A stretch of DNA of 64,000 nt from Psammoneis japonica (Eukaryota). Positions 11,946-23,320 of this stretch are shown here, one piece after another. The DNA lies in NCBI GenBank assembly GCA_008632985.1, contig QPGO01000236.1, positions 1 through 64,000 of the forward strand. The letters are read 5' to 3'. Under the pieces are notes generated by a model. It was not told the DNA's origin, did no database searches, and worked only from the letters and a program-made list of their open reading frames with translations. The stretch's first letter is position 1. Each line of letters begins with the position of its first letter. Position numbers and translations under genes: made by a program.

Positions 11946-13002
11946 TCATGAACCAAGACGTTGTGCATAGTACAATTTGTTCTTGTCCTTCCAAACTTGA
12001 TAGTTTTGCATTCCATCAGCTTTGCCTGCAACGACACGCTTGTAGATTACATATTCACTCCATGAGGAATACATGGATGGAATAAAATACTCTGCCCGAA
12101 TCATGACTTCTTGTTCCACAGCTGACATGATTGCAGGAGATAGCTGGCGGACAAAAGCAAAGTCAAACGACTGCAGAAAATTCCGGCCAAGCACGGTCGG
12201 GTCCATCCTGCTTCTGCTGTCATGAGCAATGTAGATCTGGTGGTCATCATCAAGTTTTGGAAACATTCTGTCCACCACATTGGTCCAGTTTAGTCCCTCA
12301 CAACGTCTGAAATGGTATTTCCAGCTTTTGAAATCCTTGACAAAACTAACCTAAAGACCCAATGCTGAACAGTTGCTTGCTGGAACTCTATCTTTTCGAA
12401 TGTGCACGCCAACGTAGGGCCGACCAATTCTTTTCGCCACCAGTTCCACTATTTTTTGAATGTTTAAGTTATAGGAGAAGGAATCTATCAGATGGGAGAA
12501 CACCTCTTGCGATGGATTAAGCCAGGGGAAGGCACGATCGATGTATGCATAGCCCTTGTCATAGGTGATTCTTTTATGTGCTTTCAAAGCCTGTAAGTCT
12601 GAGTAGTTGGCAAAGACGCTTGACAATCTGATGATGTAATCATATCCTTCTGATGTTTTGTTGCTAGGAACATTTCTCACACCAACGTGCTTTTCCAAAC
12701 AAGAATGATTCCACAGGTCTCCATGGCCGGATACCGGTGCTAGCTGGATGGAATGGCTTAAGCTCAAGCGTGTGCCCCGTAAAGTGGGCAACCATCCAGG
12801 CCATCATAGCACCCTGGCGCTGGTTGTTCCAGCCAGAGCTCCGGGTCGTCATGTAATGAACAAAGCCCGTGGCAGGTTCCGACTTTTCTTCAGTCACTTC
12901 GAGTTGCGTTCCTTTCAATTGAGGAGCTTCTTTGCAAGTCCAACCCACCACCAGTAGAGAACACAGCAAAACCGAGATACGGACATTCGACCATTTCATC
13001 AC
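11946..13002 (-). CDS. O-fucosyltransferase-like (O-FucT/POFUT) glycosyltransferase, split across three ORFs
   Basis: N-terminal TM; SGWNNQRQ..MAWMVAHFTGHTLEL, PYVGVHIR, IYIAHD and AVEQEVMIRAEYFIPSMYSSWS are the standard O-FucT motifs. Confidence 0.8.
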
Positions 13003-13229
13003 AGCAACAGAAGCAGAACTGACTGATGCTACTGTATGTCACTGGCTGTATTTTGCGAGAAGAAGCCTCTCGCGCGCTCGAGGGGTAGACGACTCCTCTA
13101 CTCTTACAATCAGCATTAGAGCTTGTCCAAAGAGCGGAAAGTGTCAATCACTGCAATGTACAATGACCATTGGACGACAGACGGACACCCTGAAACGCCC
13201 TCTTGCGTGCATGCTTCTATTCTGACTCA

Positions 13230-15400
13230 GCTTGGCACCAACCAAAGTAAGAAAAAACAAGACCATCTTTTTATCCAGCTCTCTGGGGTGTTTGCAGTTT
13301 GCAGCACTCCAGGGAAACAAATGTCATGCTTGAAATGCAGTGAGCAGGATTTCATCAATGCACAGCATTTTGGAGTCATCAACTGTTGGATGCCAAGCCC
13401 GCCACAGAGCGAGGAGGGCAGCATGAAAAATCAACCTGAGCTGTGTCTCACACAGCTCAAATTGAACAGATTTAAAATGGTCAAGATTGCAGGGCACAAG
13501 TGGAGCATTTTGCTTGCCCACTGAACAAATTTTCAATCTGATTTTTCGACAACACCCTCCCTTGACTTCTTGTGCTCCACTCTCCTGAGTGCCTCATCCA
13601 CTGATGCTTGCGTGTGCCAACGTCATTGCTGACATCTGCCTGTTGTGCCAGGATGTGTGCCAGCCTTGTGCCAGCAATGCTTCATTGAGTTGGTGCAAGC
13701 ATGTCCATTGTCTTTGTTCCGGAATCCTGGGAGAGCACTTGGCTTCATTGCGCAGAGTGCAATGGTGCAATTGTGCCCGAATTCTGCAAGCTGTTGGCTG
13801 TGCATTGCAGAGTGCAATGATGCAATGCTGGCCCTGCGCAGATGTGGGGACATGTGGTCACAGTTCAAATCAAACAGATTTTAAAAAAAATTGATGTTGG
13901 GTGCTGCAAGTGGAGCACTTGCCTGTTGCACAAATCATCAATCTGCTTTTGCTGTGTTTTGCAGAGTGCAATGACACAATGCTGGCCCTGTGCAAATGTG
14001 TGGCCACAGTTCAAATCAAACAGATTTTAAAAAATGACATTGGGGTGGTGCAAGTGGAGTGCTTTGCTGCTTGCCTGTTGCACAAAACATCAACCACATT
14101 TCACAACGCCTGCTCCCTTTTGGTGCGCCTGAGCACTTCATCTGCTGACGCTTTTGAGTGCCATGGTCATCATTGGTGTGTCTGCCTGTTTGTTGTGCCA
14201 GGATGCAGGATGCATGTTGGCCTTGCACCAGCAATGTTTCATTGTGTTGGTGGTGCAAGCATGTTCATCATCTTTGTTCCAGGTGAGCCAAGCAAATGAG
14301 GAGCTTTGCTGCCAAAGACAACTCTTTCACAACTTCAACAATGTTGCTTGCCGGCAGCACCTCCACTGGTGGTGAGCTCAACACTCTCACAGCCACCTCC
14401 AGTGTCAAACATCTCTGACAGCTCTGTGAGAAGGAGAGTCTTGCAGCACACTTTGAGACTGGCCATCGCCCCCGCTTCAGCTGGCCAGTGACATTGAGTG
14501 GGGGGGGGGGGGGGCTCTTGTGAGGTCACCTTCACAGTGTGCTCTCACAATGCTCTTGTGAGGTCACCTTCACAGTGTGCCCTCATCAATTGTTCAATGT
14601 GTGCACTGCAGTTGTTGAGAAAGAGAGCTGCGTGCGTGCATTGCCATGCATGCACAAACAACAAGGCCAGAAGATGTCGTCAGTGCACCAAAGAATGCTG
14701 CTGCTGCAACAAAACCCTGTGATCTGATTTTCATCTGTGTGTGGCACCAGTGGTTTTGCAACACTGTCAGCCACTGTGAAGTCAATGGGAGCTTTCCCAC
14801 TGATGGTGCATGTGAGGTGCAAACTGTGAGGGTTGCTTGTGTCTCATCCTTCATTTGCTTGACACTTGCAAATTTCTTTCTTGGCAGCTTTGTCCATGTG
14901 CACCTCAGTTTGAACATTTTGGAAACAGCCCCACCCAGTTGGCACTCCATGCACATTCTGGAGGGACATTCTCTTTCATCAAAAAACTGGCAAAAATTCA
15001 CTCAATCTCCATCATTTTGTGACATCACCTGCTTCTGCATCTGATCTCTCTCATTTTGCTTTTCTACAAAAATTGGTTTCAACCTTGTCATGATTTTTTG
15101 AGGTCTTTGCAATCCAGCCTGCAGGTGCCTTGAGTTTTCCATCAGTTCCCAGTGCCTTGGCACATTTGAGACACTTCTCATGCATCAGCAACCAAGAGAT
15201 TTTGGAGCAGTCTGCTTTTCTTCAACAAAGGTGTCGTGCAAAAACCAAGGCAAATGCAAACCACTTCTTCTCTTTGACTTGCTCATTTTGAGCTTGTGCT
15301 TTTCAGCCATTGGCTTTTAAAATGGCACTTGTTGTGCTTCTTCAAGATCTGCCTGAACAGCTGCTGTTCACTTTTTGACCCTGAGTGCAAGTCATTGCTG
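13230..15400. other. TpA-depleted degenerate repeat region of unidentified origin
   Basis: Almost no TA; internal duplications (CACAGTTCAAATCAAACAGATTTTAAAAAA at ~13859 and ~14006; GCTCTTGTGAGGTCACCTTCACAGTGTGC twice at 14514-14580); poly-G run near 14500. Confidence 0.65.
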
Positions 15401-15689
15401 GGGAGGAACTTGCTGTGAAGATTGTCAAATCATCATGGCAGTCATTGTGACTCACCGTTGCAATGTGACTTGCACCGTTGGGATCAATGTCACTCAAAGG
15501 ACCTCAACAAAGAGACACAGAGAGCTTCCTCTCCTCACAATCTCAGTTTAGCCACTGCAACACCAGCACCTGGAATCGCCCCATGTCCAATGTTCATCAT
15601 CACACTTTGTCTGTTGACTGTGCTCTGGATGTCTTGACGCACTTCCTCTGCACTGAAGACAAGAGATGTGTCAGATGCTTTGAGTGTGG

Positions 15690-17388
15690 TGTCACCCTCA
15701 TCATCTGATGAGGACATTCCATTTGCTCTGACTCTGGCTCAGGTGACTTAGGGAGCAATTGGCTTTTGTAAGAGTGCTGGACAAAGGCTCTTCCAAACTG
15801 GTTTGGAAGAGCTGCCAAGTGGGGAGATGTTCCACTGCACTCCAGGCAAACTCTTTCAGCTCCTCAATGACATTGAGGACAGGGCCAGCTTGCTTGGATG
15901 AAATGACCTGGTGACTGGAATTTTCATGACACCCAAGGACCCTGATGATCCTGATGCAACGCACTCAAACCTGCTCACCAATTGTGGTGAGGTCAGCTTG
16001 GAACACATCAAGAGACACAAGGAGTCATGCATTGTGAGCTCCTGCAAAGGGGCCCAAGACAGTGCCATTCTCGGACACAACTGTCTCATCAACTTGATCT
16101 CAAAAAAGTGGAAAGGATGAGGTGCTGCACATCCATGACAAGTCCCACAAGATCAGAGACAAGCTTTCTGGTTGTTTGCTTCTCAAGGTCATCATTCAAA
16201 AGTCACGTTTTGATGTGAACACAGCCACAAGCATGACCCACATGAAACTCGTGGAGCTTGACCAACATTTTCTCACAATTGGTCATGACATCATGAAGTT
16301 TGGCTCTTCTGCTTGCGGCATTGAGGTCTCATGGTGAAACCATGGAAGACCTCCTGATGAATCTGTTCAAAGGGAGTTTGGCTGCTTCAGATGAGAGCTT
16401 CGTCAAGTGCACTGGAAACAAGCAAGATGAGCACGAGGGTGGCAAGGACATCAGACATCATGCCAACTCACCTCATGATGCTTGCAGACAAGCATGAGAA
16501 CTCAGTTCAGAAGAAGAAGCAGAACTTGTCCAGCAAAGAAGAGGAAAAGATGCTTGCCTTGTGAGCCAAGGTGAAAGGTGTTGAAAAGCAAGCCAAAAAG
16601 CAGGGCACTGCTGGAAACACCGTGGGGATGATTCCAAGCATGGCAAAGGCAAAGATGGTGACAAGGGGGCTGCGCCAATGTGGGTGAAAGAGAACTTGCA
16701 CCCTGCCAAGGATGTGATCTCCAAACCAAGGCATTGGAATGGTGCACCATGCTGTTGCTGCTGCAAGGACCTTGGAGATGGCCACCATGGCAAGTGGCTC
16801 AAGCACACTCCTGAGAATTGTGCATTTGACCTGGAGTGCAACAAGAAAAGGCCAGCTGAAGACAAGAACAGTGAGGATGGACATCATGCCAAGAAGTTCA
16901 GCCACAAGGGCAACAACAAGAGACACCTTGAGCCAGCCAAGGCATGCAAGGCAGTCATTGATGAAGAGGGGTCAGACAAAAAATCCAAATGACTTCCAGA
17001 GCATGGCCATGGTTGTGACTGCTGTGATTGAGTGCCAGATGGAAGCGCAGCTGGAAACCTTGTGATGCTGTGCTGTGCACTGATCATCGCAGACTGTTCA
17101 GTGGCATGCGCTCATTGCAGTCCATCAGCTGCCATCCTTGTCAACTGCTTGTCATTCTGTTGCAACATCCCAGGGCATCTGCCATTCTGCCCACCCAAGT
17201 GCAAGCGATGGTGCAGGCTGCACTCTGGTTGGCAACATTTGACCAACACATTGCACAAGATTGGAGAACAAATTGCGTGCCCCACCTGGGCCACCAGTGC
17301 CAACACTGGCTCATCCAGAAGAGGGAGAATCCAAAAACTCTGCCAGTCCACAGACGTGCTCAAGAGCCCCAAGCGATCATGAGCCAAC
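15690..17388 (+). mobile_element. Hypermutated Copia-type (diatom-like) retrotransposon gag relic, 5' part
   Basis: Recognisable diatom gag motifs FALT, NLLTNCGEVSLEHI (ancestral YG), AQDSAIL, SGCLLLKVIIQKSRFDVNTAT, HGETMEDLLMNLFKG and a Cys/His knuckle-like WNGAPCCCCC..GKWLKHTPENC; broken by stops and frameshifts. Confidence 0.6.
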
Positions 17389-17821
17389 TGCCCCATGCAT
17401 GCACTGGGCACTGAAAAGAAGATGTGTTACGACTTTGTCGTTGTGAAAATTATGAGCTAGTTTAGAGTAGAGAAAATGGGATCGTGCGAATGGGGAATCT
17501 TGCCAAATCCCTGTTCGTTCGCATTTGGATCGCATCAAATCGATCGTGCGTTCGCATTGCGGATCGTGCGAATCAAGCCATCACGCGCTGTGCACGAGTG
17601 ATGTCATCGTGTGGAATCACGCTACCATCGTGGGCCAGACGACGGGCTAGTGTGCTTCACACGGATGCTCTCTTAGCATCCTTCTGGAATTGCCTTAGAC
17701 CTAGAGCCACGCCCTCCTGTGGTCGTGCTTCCCAGGTACGTGTTAACAATACTACGTTGCCACGTACAAGAGGCTTATGCACGGTCTCGCCGTGTTGTCC
17801 AGTAGCGAGGCATACTGCACA
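17389..17821 (-). repeat. Gypsy 3' LTR (433 bp)
   Basis: Gapless alignment to 22704-23136 with 22 differing sites (hand count). Confidence 0.95.
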
Positions 17822-17828
17822 CTCCCCC
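17822..17828 (-). promoter_or_regulatory. Polypurine tract of the Gypsy element
   Basis: Plus-strand CTCCCCC, i.e. GGGGGAG on the minus strand, abutting the TG start of the 3' LTR. Confidence 0.8.
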
Positions 17829-17858
17829 ATGATCAGGGCCGTTAAGTGACAGGATGTC

Positions 17859-20654
17859 TTACTGGTGATAGGGTACAATCTGCCGTAGATTGTACGTATC
17901 TATCAGCGCTCCGTTCTGGATACGCAACGTGCCGTTGTCATATATACGGACAACTCTGGCGGGTCCTGCATAGCTGTCAGAACCATATTTAGAGGATTGT
18001 TCCTGTTTGATAAGTACCAATTGCCCTACGGTATATTGATACTCCTTGCGTTTCTGATTTTCACGCTTGTTGTTTAAGTGGATAAGCTTCTGCTTTCTGG
18101 TGTCTATGTACTTCCACTTAGCACGATGGACAATAGATAAAACCGCATCGCGTCCGAAGACCAATTGCATGGGACTTGCACGCGTGGTCGTATGTACCGT
18201 AGCTCTAATAGCGAAGGCTACTGCGGAGAGGATGCCACTCCATGGGTCATCTTCGTCCAATTCCATATCCTGTACTGAAAAGGAACGTACCATGTTACCA
18301 AGTGTCTGGTGTACACGTTCCACAATGGCATTCGCCTGTGGATTCCGTTTACTTATGGGTTTCTTCAAAATCCCATAGTCATTTTTAATCATCTGGCTAA
18401 ATTCTGCCATAAATTCTGTCCCACGGTCATAAACCACCTGGGTTGGCCACGGACATCTGCATAGCCACGTTTGTTCCACGACGTTTGCTACGACGTCAGC
18501 GCGTTTCGTAGACACTTCTTCAATCTCGAACCACCCGGTTGCTGGGTCAATCATTGTGACTGCCCTTAATTGCAAAGTGTCCTTTCCGCGTCTTTGAATT
18601 TTATATGGCCCTATCATATCTATGCATAGTGTCTCCCATGGAATTATCTCGGCGACCTTTTCTGGTAGCTTCCCATAACGCTGCGTTCGGCGTTTTGTCT
18701 TCTGGCATCGATCGCACTTAACGCACGTAGAATGCACCGTAGACCTCATACTAGGCCAGTAGAAGTGCTGGGCAATAGATATTTCCGTACGTGTCTCACC
18801 TGGATGACACAGTGTCTCGTGGTACCATTCAGTTAGCGGAACCTGCAATGACTGTGGTACTGCGATTTTGTCCTTATGACAGATTAACTGTCGTGATGAC
18901 CCTCCCCCACGATACGCGCGAATGGAGTAGTCGGACGAGTCCTTAGCTCGTGAAAGTAGGCGCTTGTCCTTTTGTTGTGCTTTTTGAATGCGCTTGAAGC
19001 TAACAGGCAGAGATGCATCGTCTTGCGCGTCTGCATTAAAGGCTTCATGCAAAGGACGACTCGATGGAGTGTCTTTTACATCTGGATTGGCCTCGGAAGG
19101 CAAGCTGGGTGCCAGCCGAAGGCGACCAAGAGCGTCAGCGACTGGGTCATGGGTGCCCTTGACACAGCGTAATTCGGGACCGCATTCTTCGCACACCAAC
19201 CGCCAGCACACAACGCGCTCGGCATTGAACACTTTGTACGTAAGATTTTTATGATCAGCACACACAATCACACGATGACCAAGGAGAGTCGTTCGAAATT
19301 CTTTCAACGTCTCCACAATGGCGAGCAATTCTCTCTCTGTTGTTGTGCAATTTAATTGCGCACTGTTGAGCTTTCTGCTGTAAAAGGCGACAGGTTTATT
19401 ATCTTGGGACATGACTGCTCCCAATTGATGTTTAGAGGCATCGGTGTGTGTCTCAAAGGGTTTGTTGAAATCAGGATGTGACAACAAAACATCATCCGAT
19501 GTCACCCGTTCAACGGTTTCAAACGCCTCGTCTTCAACGGACGTCCACTCCCACTTGACAGTCTCGCTTACGAGTCGTGTTGGCGGAGCCAAGACTTCAG
19601 AATGTCTAATCCACGTGTCACGGCAGTGGTTCACCACACCAACAAATGAGCGCAGGTCGCGTTTGTTGGCTGGGGTCGCGATTCGCTTGATGGCGTCGAC
19701 TTTGTCAGGCATTGGTCGCACCCCGTCTCTGTTGACCAGACAACCCAAGTGTTCTAATTGGGTTTGACAGAAGTGAGATTTAGTTGCGTTAACTTTTAGT
19801 CCTGCTTTCTGGACCCTCAACAAAACTTCTTCAAGTTTGTTGAGGTGATCTTCACAGGTGCCTTTCGTCATGACGAGAAGGTCATCTAAGTGCGTTCGAA
19901 CAAACAACAGATCTTCAAACAAGCCTGACATGCGTTCTTGGAAAATGTCTGGCGAGCTGCATGACCCCATGGGCAATGCCTGCATCTCATGCTTGCCCCA
20001 TGGGAAGATGAGCGTGCAGAGCTTCTTGCTGTCAGCATCCAATCGGATGTGACAATGGCCCGTGTTTAAATCCAGCGATGCAGCCCACACAAAGCCTTCG
20101 AGCTTGAGTGGCACATCTTGGATGTGAGGAATCGGATGAGGCAATCGCTTGATCCATTTGTTCAGCTCTCTGAAATCATCAACAAAGTGCACCGTTGAAT
20201 CTTTCTTCGGCATGACAAATGATGGAGCTGCCCACCGGGATCGGTTGATGCGTTTGAGAACACCGACACGCACTGGGCATTCTACTTCTTTATGCAGCGT
20301 AGCTTCGCACGCACAAGGTGCTTCATGCGGACGAGCGTGGCATGGTTCTGCACCCTCCTTGAGTTGGACATGGCAGGGTTCTCCCTTCCATTCTCCCAAT
20401 GTCCCATCAAATGAGGACTCATGGCGTTTCAACAGTGCCAAAAGGTCATTTTGTTGAACTGTGGAAAGTCCCATTGCCCCTTGCGTTGTGTCCTCGAGGC
20501 AGGCCGGCGCGCACTTGGCATCCAAAATGCGTGAAATCCGGTCGGTTTCCGAAGACAAGGCTTCTGGATCTTGAAGATAGAAGGAGGTTTCTGCCGCAGC
20601 ATCTACGTGCCTCATTGGCACTTCTCCATTGACCAATGGCCACTCCATCATCTG
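17859..20654 (-). pseudogene. pol: Gypsy pol (RT-RNase H-integrase); RT and RNase H inactivated by Tyr to His/Cys changes
   Basis: DFRELNK, LDLNTGHCHI, LPMG, RTHLDD (YxDD changed to HLDD), TDAS, ERELLA, DHKNL; integrase HxxxxHPG..CxxC, IDMIGP, DRGTEF, NPQANAIVER, GPA motif. Confidence 0.95.
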
Positions 20655-21101
20655 TGCAGCATGCATGCAGACAAAAGGTCATTTTTGTCACGCCCTTTGT
20701 GACATTTAAAGGCTGCAACACGTCGCCGTGATGCATTGACTCTCATCAGTGGCTGTGTGTTGCACTCCTCCCCATGTGTCACGCATCCATGCGGCTCTTT
20801 ACTGACGTGTGCTGACACTGCACGGTTTTGGCGGAACAGTGTGGGTATGTGCGAAGGAACACACAGAACTGCACAGAGTTTTGCGCGTTCAACAGTGATC
20901 AACGTTGCTGCAGACAACTCCCACTCAGGGTTTCGAACCCCTGGCCTCCTGCCCAATGGTTGCGATGTGCCACTCCGCTGTGAATTCATGGTGCAGCATG
21001 CATGCAGACAAAAGGTTATTTTTGTCATGCCCTTTGTGACATTTAAAGACTGTGGCACATCGCCGTGACACATTAACTCTTGTCAGCAGCTGCACATTGC
21101 A
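20655..21101 (-). mobile_element. TRIM (447 bp, 110-bp terminal direct repeats) inserted in Gypsy pol
   Basis: TDRs 20655-20764 and 20992-21101, TSD TCTG, PPT GGGGAGGAG; removing it and one TSD rejoins FSEQ-MMEW in frame. Confidence 0.92.
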
Positions 21102-21531
21102 TCTGCTCAGAGAAGACAATGTCAATGCCTTGTGTCTCCAGAATGTCACGTCCAATGATCACATCGCACTTGCCCAACTTTCCGTTGTGTGCGTGGACGG
21201 CATGTGCAAGTTCTGCAGTTTCGGACAATTCTGGCAACCGAAATTTAACGGTGCAGTCGTCAGACGCACTGAACGAGCCTGCTGCCGTGGTCCAGTTTGT
21301 CTCAGCCGTTGAATGGCTTCGCAGACGCTTGCAGCATCGACTGTCGAGCAGAGTGCTGCTGGCGCCACCATCTGGCAGTGCCTCAATGGTTTGAGTCTTG
21401 CCCTTGCCACGCCTGGCATTCATGGCTGCAAACAAGATTGGAGTGAGATGAGTCTTTTTAACTCGTTTGCGGGATTGGCCCACAACACGTGTGCAATGGT
21501 AATTCAGTTGTTCATCCACACATTCTTCCAA
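21102..21531 (-). pseudogene. Gypsy aspartic protease region
   Basis: EALPDGGASST (expected ALLDSGAS) and CDVIIGRDIL (expected YDVIIGRD). Confidence 0.85.
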
Positions 21532-21567
21532 TGCATTGAAACCACCTGTGTCGTGTCGGCCCCCTTC

Positions 21568-22642
21568 TCAGGTGTCCGAATCTTCGGAATCACTTGAGTT
21601 GAGGTCGCGGAAGTGATTGAGCTCCTCCTCACGTGCCTTGCACTTTTTCTGAGCGTTGGCAAAGAACTCCTCGACCTTCGATCCGATGAGAGTGTCAACA
21701 TCTTCCTCATTCCGAGGTTTTGCATTGGGTTTGCTGCCTCCGTCATTGGAATGTCCAGTCTTGACATGTTTCATGTGGTGCTTGAGCTGACGGCAATCCT
21801 CCGCATGATGTCCACAGTCAGTCCCGTGTGGCACACACGACTTCTGGGTGTTCCGTTGGGTCATGATCAACGACTCAGGATTGTCCGTTCTACGTCCCCG
21901 CTTGCGTGGAACCTTGGCACGTTGGTCCAGGTTACCTTCGGCAAGCTCGACCTGCTCGATGCGCTCGCAGAACTGTGCAAATTCGGTGACAGTGTGCGCC
22001 AACGGGTCAAAATTCTGCAGCGTCATGAACTTCTGCCATGCGTTCGGCACACCGCACTCGAACATGTCGCATGGTTCGTCATTGGGCAATGGTGCCGGTG
22101 CTTCTCCATCCTCTGTCACGGGTGGAAACTGAGAGACACAGCCGTTAATTTCAACAGCCCTTGCGACAGTCACGAGTGGAAACCTCTGCGGGCTTGCGCA
22201 TGAAGCGCCTCAGATGACGCTTCTGCAATGGTGCCGCCCCATGTGGGAAGATGCTCTCCTTTAGCTTCGCGACGCATGCTGCGCACGCAGCGTTGGTTTG
22301 GGATGCCTGCTTGTCAGTGGCATCATTGAATGACATCAGAGCATCACCCTGTGGCAGGTCACGCACAAGGGCAAATTTTGCTGGCCCGGTCGTCATGTTT
22401 TGTCCTTCGTGCATGCGATCCACGTTGCGCAGAAAAATCAGGAGTGTCTCGCATGTAGCCGCAGAAAGGTGCGGGATGCCCATCTCGTGTGTTGGACCAT
22501 CCGGATCAGCGGGGTTGTTGCGCAGTTTGAATGTCTGGTGCTCGCCCTGCTGCAGCTCTTTCTTCTCCGGCTGAGCGAACAGAATCGGCGGCTCAACCCG
22601 CTTCTTCATGGTCATTTTGAGATTTGTCGGTCCTGCCAACAT
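21568..22642 (-). pseudogene. gag: Gypsy gag (two frames, frameshift near 22160)
   Basis: Directly downstream of the 5' LTR; QKRHLRRFMRKP, GVPNAWQK and a CxxH..H...C knuckle CVPHGTDCGHHAEDC. Confidence 0.8.
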
Positions 22643-22703
22643 TTCGTAGTTTCGTTTCTGCAGATTTCGTCACCTCGCACAACATGCGGGAGCAATGTTG
22701 CTG

Positions 22704-23136
22704 TGCCCTGTGCATGCACTGGGCGCTGAAAAGAAGATGTGTTACGACTTTGTCGTTGTGAAAATTATGAGCCAGTTTAGAGCAGAGAAAATGGGATCGT
22801 GCGAATGGGGAATCTTGCCAAATCCCCATTCGTTCGCATTTGGATCGCATCAAATCGATCGTGCGTTCACATTGTGGATCGTGTGAATCAAGCCATCACG
22901 CGCTGTGCACGAGTGATGTCATCGTGTGGAATCATGCTGCCATCGTGGGCCAGACGATGGGCTAGTGTGCTTCACACGGATGCTCTCTTGGCATCCTTCT
23001 GGAATTGCCTAAGACCTAGAGCCACGCCCTCCTGTGGTCATGCTTCCCAGGTGCGTGTTAACAACACCACGTTGCCACGCACAAGAGGCTCATGCACGGT
23101 CTCGCCGTGTTGTCCAGTGGTGAGGCATGCTGCACA
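22704..23136 (-). repeat. Gypsy 5' LTR (433 bp), the more heavily mutated copy
   Basis: Alignment to 17389-17821. Confidence 0.95.
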
Positions 23137-23320
23137 ACATCATGCCACAGCATTGACTGTGGTTGTGGTGGTGATGCAGGCTCAGCATGAAACCATCTTG
23201 TGACACACAGTGGCCTTCGACACTGATTCTGGGCCAGTTGGGGTTGACAAAAGAGCAACAGGTTGCGTGCCTGATTGCATGGAAGACTTCATTGGTGAAC
23301 TCCAAGATTGCAACAGAGCC
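23137..23320 (+). mobile_element. Continuation of the Copia relic (protease-like segment) after the Gypsy insertion
   Basis: FDTDSGPVGVDKRATGCV..CMEDFIGEL resembles the FDTDS..IG.DN motif of diatom Copia proteases. Confidence 0.5.

Larger units (their letters stand above)
17389..23136 (-). mobile_element. Full-length Ty3/Gypsy LTR retrotransposon (5.75 kb including the TRIM), partly hypermutated
   Basis: 433-bp LTRs at 17389-17821 and 22704-23136 with TG...CA ends; PPT next to the 3' LTR; gag, protease, RT, RNase H, integrase in Gypsy order. No clear TSD. Confidence 0.95.

Noticed and set aside
20920..20990. Functional tRNA gene
   Set aside because: A/B-box-like motifs are present but no convincing acceptor or anticodon stem; treated as part of the TRIM.
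17859..22642. ADAR/APOBEC editing of the retro-intermediate, or DGR-type adenine mutagenesis
   Set aside because: Changes occur on both strands about equally, affect a DNA Helitron and its neighbours, are transitions only, and there is no template/variable repeat pair.
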